DNA of 62,011 nt, the filler included, from Choristocarpus tenellus KU-1152 (Eukaryota; Protista; Phaeophyceae): the NCBI GenBank assembly GCA_964200185.2. It is 11 parts of 11 records of this genome, joined end to end, with 100 filler letters (N's around TTAATTAATTAA, not from the genome) between each part and the next. Parts side by side here need not be neighbours in the genome. Positions count along the whole stretch, not along the records: positions 52,598 to 62,011 come from CAXNAD020003693.1; 10 more parts are not named here. The stretch is one strand, 5' to 3'. Position 1 is the stretch's first letter. Each line of letters starts with the position of its first letter. Below the pieces are notes generated by a model. The model was not told where the DNA came from. It searched no databases and was given only the letters and a program-made list of their open reading frames with translations. Below are positions 52,598-62,011 of this stretch, piece after piece. The position numbers and the translations under genes are program-made.

Positions 52598-54186
52598 CAA
52601 GCAATCTCGCCAGGTTTATCACCTTTATGTTCTTTGATGATTTTGGGGATACTTTAACACCATACTCTTATTCTTTGACAATGCCAGATACATGAACCCT
52701 TTGTGATGAAAACAATAATGATTTCAGAGTAGATAGGTATCTGCACAATGAACTGTTCAACCGAGATTGGTTGTTACTGTTCGACCTTGGTTGAACTATG
52801 GGCAAACAAAATGCTTGGTCACACTCGACTAGGCAACAAACAATGGCTGAGGACAAAGTGGTGTGACTGGTGTCCACCTCTGACGGTTGCCACTCCTTAC
52901 AATGATGTTGACTACACCATGCTCATTCCCATATGGACAAAAGTCAAATCCCTCCGGGCACCCCTGGGAAAGAGGAGAACAGTGACCAGCAACTGGGGGT
53001 CTATCCTCACAACCACAACGTCCATGACTTCTTACCCTACGGCATAAGAATGGCCTATGAGTACCATATGGGTTGTCGAGGCACGACTGGGTCAAGTGAC
53101 CATCATGAGTCATTGCCTGGTAACCAGGGTACTGGCAAGAACTATTTTCCAAGATACTCTGCGAAATATCATCATAATGATAAGGCATAGTTGGGGATCT
53201 GCATGATTAGGTAGTTGACGGGATTGTGATGCTGAATGGTTTGCTGCACAGGTTGTCACAGGTGGACACGCCAACAACCGTGCTGAGGACCGGGTCGGGG
53301 TTGCTTCCCCTGATTGATGACGCTCTACTTCTGTCTGGAGACATTGGTTCTCTTGTTGTAGTTGGACAAAGTCCGAACAAGGAACATGACTAGCACTGTG
53401 TCAACGGGCATGGAGTTCCAGGAGATCCTGAAGCCATCTGGTTGGCATGGCGTTGGTTCTTGCACAATTGTTGATGTGGGTGTGAACATTGGGATGGCAT
53501 TGCCAAACTGTGCCTGTGAAGCAGCCGCCTCACAAGCAGTTTAGCATGGAGAGGAAATTCGATTGTCCTCAAAAAGGACATGACGGGTCTCCCAGATACC
53601 CAAGCTGACATGATGCTTGAAGATTGACAACAATGTTCCTGCATGACCATGGCGATCAGTTGGGGGACATGGGGGGAAAGCTCGTCTACAATTCACATTT
53701 TTTTTATTTGATGGACGAAAATGAGAATAGGGACTGCGATAACCTGAGTCTGAGTCTTCACGATTTGTGGATGCCTCCATTCATGTCCTCAATTGACTCG
53801 CACTTGTCAGCTTTATTCTCCTCTTTGCTTCCTCGAAACATTGAGCAAGATCTTTATCTTGGCAACGTGTCCTTCACCTGGTCTTGGTGTTCATAATGTT
53901 TGGTCATTGGTTAAACATTTGTTCCATTACCTTTCACCCTATATCTGGATTCACCTTTGTTGCTATTTCGAATAATGCAATTTTGTGGCAGCATGGTTCA
54001 CTCAGGCAAGGGTGGTGAAGAGAATCACCAGGCAAGACAAACCAGACAGACCAAAATGAACCGTAACTGAGAGGGCAGGGTTAAGGTTGTACAACTGCAA
54101 AGACTGCAGGGAATTTCAGAGAATTCGAAAGTGATGAGAATCTCGTGTGATGGGGATCATCAGGAATGTCATGACGCAAGAACAAA

Positions 54187-54362
54187 GGCTCAAGTATTTA
54201 GGGGGGGGTGGCGGATGTCCATTAGGACCAATTTTTTTCATCGCAATTTTTGGGTGAGTTGGATGCGTACATCAGATGGATAATGAAAGTGAACTTTTCC
54301 TGGTATTGTCCCAAATGGACACCTTGGTGTAGATGCCCCCCCTCCCACAGATACTTTGGGTC
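54187..54362 (+). mobile_element. MITE family B
   Basis: GGCTCAAGTATTT...CAGATACTTTGGGTC, AAA on both flanks. Confidence 0.75.
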
Positions 54363-54990
54363 AAAGAGAATTCTTAATGCATGGCAAATCTGAATGAAGA
54401 GAGGACCTTTTTCTGTGGGACAGGTATCTTGAAGAGATCCCTCGGATTCAATCTCATGAAAGATCCTCCACCAAAATCCAGGATTCCTGACAAGGAACCT
54501 TGATGAGTAGTGCGGTATATGGCATAGAGGGTAATAATGGTATGGTAACAGATAACTCTACTTTCCACACTATTCCTGGTCATACTAGATTCTCGACTTT
54601 GACATCCTGAAATTGAAAGAAGAGACAACTCCACAGATGCAGTCTGTGGCAATTGTTGCGAAAAAATGTAGCCAAATCTACAGAAGCTCAGAGCGTTCCC
54701 ACATTATAAAGAAAAATGGGTGGTTAGAGAGTAAAATGGACTCAATGATGTATTAGACAAGAAACGGGTGTTAAGGGGTAACTAAATGGCCTTAAGTGTT
54801 GTCCTGCGCAATGAAAGTTGCAGGGTAGATGACGATGAGGGTTGTGCTGTGACAGCTTGATGCTATCAAGAAAAAATGAAAACATGTTGCCCAGACAACA
54901 GATATAATGCAAGAAGTAGGCCCTTACGGTTTCTTCGACAACAGATGTAAGGGCAAAATTTGGTCAAACATTTAGGGCAACTCTAGCAAT

Positions 54991-55237
54991 GAGCCAAATT
55001 AAACGAGAGATATCCAGGTTTGGCTGTTTTGTATAAGCCAGTTTTTCGGCCTTTTGCAATTCACCCATACTTGTATGGATGAAGAGCTAAATTTGATCTG
55101 AGAGGGTTGATTCCTCTACTCTCTGAAACTATTTTGTTTGAAGCCTTTTGACATAATTCAGAAAATATCCTAAATTTGCACGTACTTCTACGCATTCTTA
55201 AAATGCAACTTTGGGTGCCTCTCATTTACTTTGACTA
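54991..55237 (-). mobile_element. MITE family C
   Basis: TIRs, AAT on both flanks; inverted relative to copy 21545. Confidence 0.75.
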
Positions 55238-55346
55238 AATGAGTGCTGTGTTGTACATGATGCAAACCGTTGAACCATTTATTATCGTAACCTTCCAGTG
55301 ACATTGTACCAACTGCTACTGTTCATTCCAAGGGCAGCTAAAAATA

Positions 55347-57055
55347 CTTATTCTATTCAGAACTAAATGTAACATAACTTTTGCAAGCTCCATTCTCGCA
55401 CGGAAATGATCCATGCGATAAACCCTCTGGGCAAGACTTAGCTATTTTTTAGATTGGGAGGTGTGTAAAGTTTAAGGTGGTGAGCTGTCATGACTGTGGA
55501 GAATCACCTATGCAAAGTTTGCCAAATCACATTTGACAGGGTTCAAAAACCTCACAAAACTGTCAGCAAGTGTTTATTGGGATGCCTAGAATAAAGGCCC
55601 CCCATTGCTTGAGGGGCTCGCTCATCCCTCTGTCGCCCATTGGTCACAATTCTTCGTCCCAGAAGTCTGTCCGGGGTCAGGACTCAAACACCCCGACAAA
55701 GAACAGTATGGTGATGTGATGCCTGGGGGTGAGAGGGCGTAAGACTCTGATGCCTCAGGTGATTGCAGCAGCCATCGCGGAGGAGACCGGAATTTCCTGA
55801 GTCACCATATTCCATCATCGGAAGGAGTATGATAGACAGATCGCATGGAGTTAATACATCAACCTTATACTATGTTGCAAGGGACGATGTGGCCGTCGTA
55901 AAGTATCCTCAACTTTGGAATGTCCCATCATCCGTCTGCAAATGGGTGACCAAAGCTGGGGTCTCCCTTGCCTCATTGTGGGATCTGTACAAGCACGAGA
56001 AGGTGAAGGTCAACCATTGGATAAAGCCAGTCCTCTCAGACCAGCATCCAGTCAAGAGGGTGGGTTTTGTCACCAGCCACACGCACAGGAGGGGGAGAGG
56101 TGGGGGAATAGTGAACAATCTGTATCACTGGTGCATGTGGACGAGAAGTGATCTTACATCCTCAAAGTTGGGCCAGGTGTGTACCTGTACCCCATCAAGG
56201 ATCGACCCCAAACCCCACAGGCACAAAATAAGCATTACAAAAGTGATGTCCCTAGGAAGCTCTCCAATGAGGTGTGGTTTGATGCGAAAATCAGGATCTG
56301 GCCAATCGTGGACACTGAGGTCACTCAGTGCTCCAGCAAACACCGCCCCAAGGGCACCAAGGTGCTCGTGCCAGTCATGGTGAACGGGGAGAGATGTAAG
56401 AAGCTCATGATCGATGATGTCATCCCGGCAATCAAGGCCCACATCCCTTGGCTGGAAGGACACACCATCTTCGTGCAGGAGGACAGGGCAAAGTCACACA
56501 ATAAGGGAGGGATGATGGACATAATCGTGGAGGTGATGGGGGATGACACTGTCATAGAGACCCAGCCAGCAAACACGCCTGACCTCCACATCAACGATCT
56601 GGGATTCCCTCATTCCATCCAGCAACTGAAGGAAGACATGGGGATGACCAACGGAGCTGGTGGAGGCCACAATGGAGGCGTTCAATGTGTACCCCCGGGA
56701 GACACTAGAGTGCATCTGGCAGAGCCTCTTTGCAGTCGATGGTGAAGTGGTGGGGTTCAAGGGTGAAAATGTATTCGAAATTCCCCATTTTAGCCGGAAA
56801 AGGCTGAGAAGCCAGGCAAGCTCCCCCCAAATATCCTGTTGGATGCAGCAAAATACAGTGCTGGAATGTAGTTTTGGAGGGCTTTGGGTTCTTCAGAATC
56901 ATAGGTGTCGGCTGCCCTACGTTGCTTGAGATTGTGCTTGGCAACCGTTTAAAGTCTGCACAATACACCCATAAAAGATTAACATGCAAAGAAAAACCTT
57001 GCTTAATCATTGGGGCCACAAATGTTATGTTGCATTTAATTCTGAACGGAATAGG
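55347..57055 (+). mobile_element. Decayed plant-type Tc1/mariner element (same family as 16231-17967)
   Basis: TA|CTTATTCTATTCAGAACTAAATGTAACAT left TIR and inverse right TIR; colinear with copy 1. Confidence 0.9.
55710..56880 (+). pseudogene. Mariner transposase pseudogene
   Basis: HVDEK*, FVQEDRAKSH, QPANTPDLHINDLGF spread over frameshifted ORFs 55763, 55915, 56179, 56660. Confidence 0.88.
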
Positions 57056-57069
57056 CATAAAATATTCGT

Positions 57070-57312
57070 GAGTCAAAGTAAACGAGAGGTACCCAGAGAA
57101 TGACAAATATGTGCAAATTCAGATTTTCTTTCAAATGTGTATAGGATGTTTTCTGAACTGTGTCGAAAATTTTTCAAACAATGAAAAATAAACACCCTCA
57201 AGTCAAAATTGAAACTTCATCCATAGAAATATTGGTGATTTTCAAAAGATTGAAAAACAGACTTCAACTGCAAAACAACCAAAACCTGGGCACCTCTCAT
57301 TTACTTCGGCTC
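57070..57312 (+). mobile_element. MITE family C
   Basis: GAGTCAAAGTAAACGAGAGG...CCTCTCATTTACTTCGGCTC. Confidence 0.8.
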
Positions 57313-58176
57313 AGTTATGTGCTTGTTCCACAAATGTGTGGGATGCTGAAGAGCCACATCCTGCTGAGGGTTGCAGAGAACAAACAGGTTAGCCTTGACA
57401 TAGTTGGGAGATACGGGGAGTCACGTATTAGCAAACAAAGGAGACACACTAGCAGCAGCCGGTATAATCTTCACAGTAGTGCGATTGACTCTGCTGCTAG
57501 TGTTAACCCTTCCTTAGTATGGAAGCAATATATATGGAGTGAGGGGTTCTGGGTCCACTCTATGATGTTCCGCCAACTCAACTGCAACCTTGCTTCCCCA
57601 AATTGCGTACAACAAGAATAGATTGAAAGGAGAAGAATGTTGGAGTGGTTCTCAACGGCAGCAAATACAGGGCTTTCACTCCTGAGCAGGTAACGTTTAA
57701 GGGGCTGGACTGTGACCTGGTCAGGTAAAAAATAATTTACTAGGGCTGGTTCAGGGCCTTGTGATTCTATCGGGGCCAGTCTGCCAACCCAGTACACTTT
57801 GCACAATAAACCAGAAAATTCTAATATATTTGTACTGTTCTCCTGACCTTGCGCAGTTCTCTGGATCATCCCTATCTAACCCAATCTAACCCTAACCTCA
57901 ATCTGTCTGCTGTATTGGGGTTACACTCTGGGATGCAGTTACTCACTGTGGTCTTGAAGGGTCTTAATCTGAGAACACCTGAGTTTGCATGGTAACGTTG
58001 ATGGCACTGCCAACTTCAGCATTCTACCAGACCAATGAAAATGCCTTTCTCAGGGTCGATTTAGTGGCATTAGGAACCAACTATTTGGTTTGATGCCCTC
58101 CCCCTTCCGAAAAAGACCTGGAACAATCCACCCTGTTTGACTTCCTTAGCCACCTCAAAAATAAGCACAAAACCAT

Positions 58177-61912
<3,736 letters not shown>

Positions 61913-62011
61913 TCACACAAAGGTGTAGGTGTAAGTGTCAATGTTGAAGGCTGGGGGGGGGGGGGGGGGGGAAGGGGGACCGCGAAGGGGAGAGCCACCC
62001 TTGTAAACCCC

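Noticed and set aside
52598-54000. Retroelement ORF1/gag remnant on minus strand
   Set aside because: Many stops and no diagnostic motif

Overview
Eukaryotic, intron-rich DNA. GT-AG genes with short exons, ciliary genes, TTAGGG-type repeats and plant-type mariners suggest a stramenopile, probably a brown alga (inference). The window is not one locus: 11 short contigs are joined by ten identical 100-nt linkers (44 N + TTAATTAATTAA + 44 N), so adjacency across linkers is meaningless. Partial genes reconstructed by splice-phase matching: a REX1-type DEDDh exonuclease, a G-patch protein, a NACHT/AAA_16 protein, a Ser/Thr kinase last-subdomain exon, a kinesin head-to-head with a class I SAM methyltransferase, an NPHP1-like protein, type 1 IPP isomerase (IDI), and two unknown proteins. 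Mobile DNA: two near full-length decayed plant-type mariners plus a third remnant, a decayed HTH/DDE remnant, and three MITE families sharing a GRSY/GAGT-CAAAGTA-like terminus. The best candidate for something undescribed is a spliced, stop-free Sola2-like transposase C-terminus extended by Tudor/SH3-like modules (5076-6719), seen alongside GAG...CTC, 4-bp-TSD MITEs it might mobilise. Short telomere-type repeats are also pervasive, including inside a TIR and an exon. Family assignments come from motif recognition only; no search was run.
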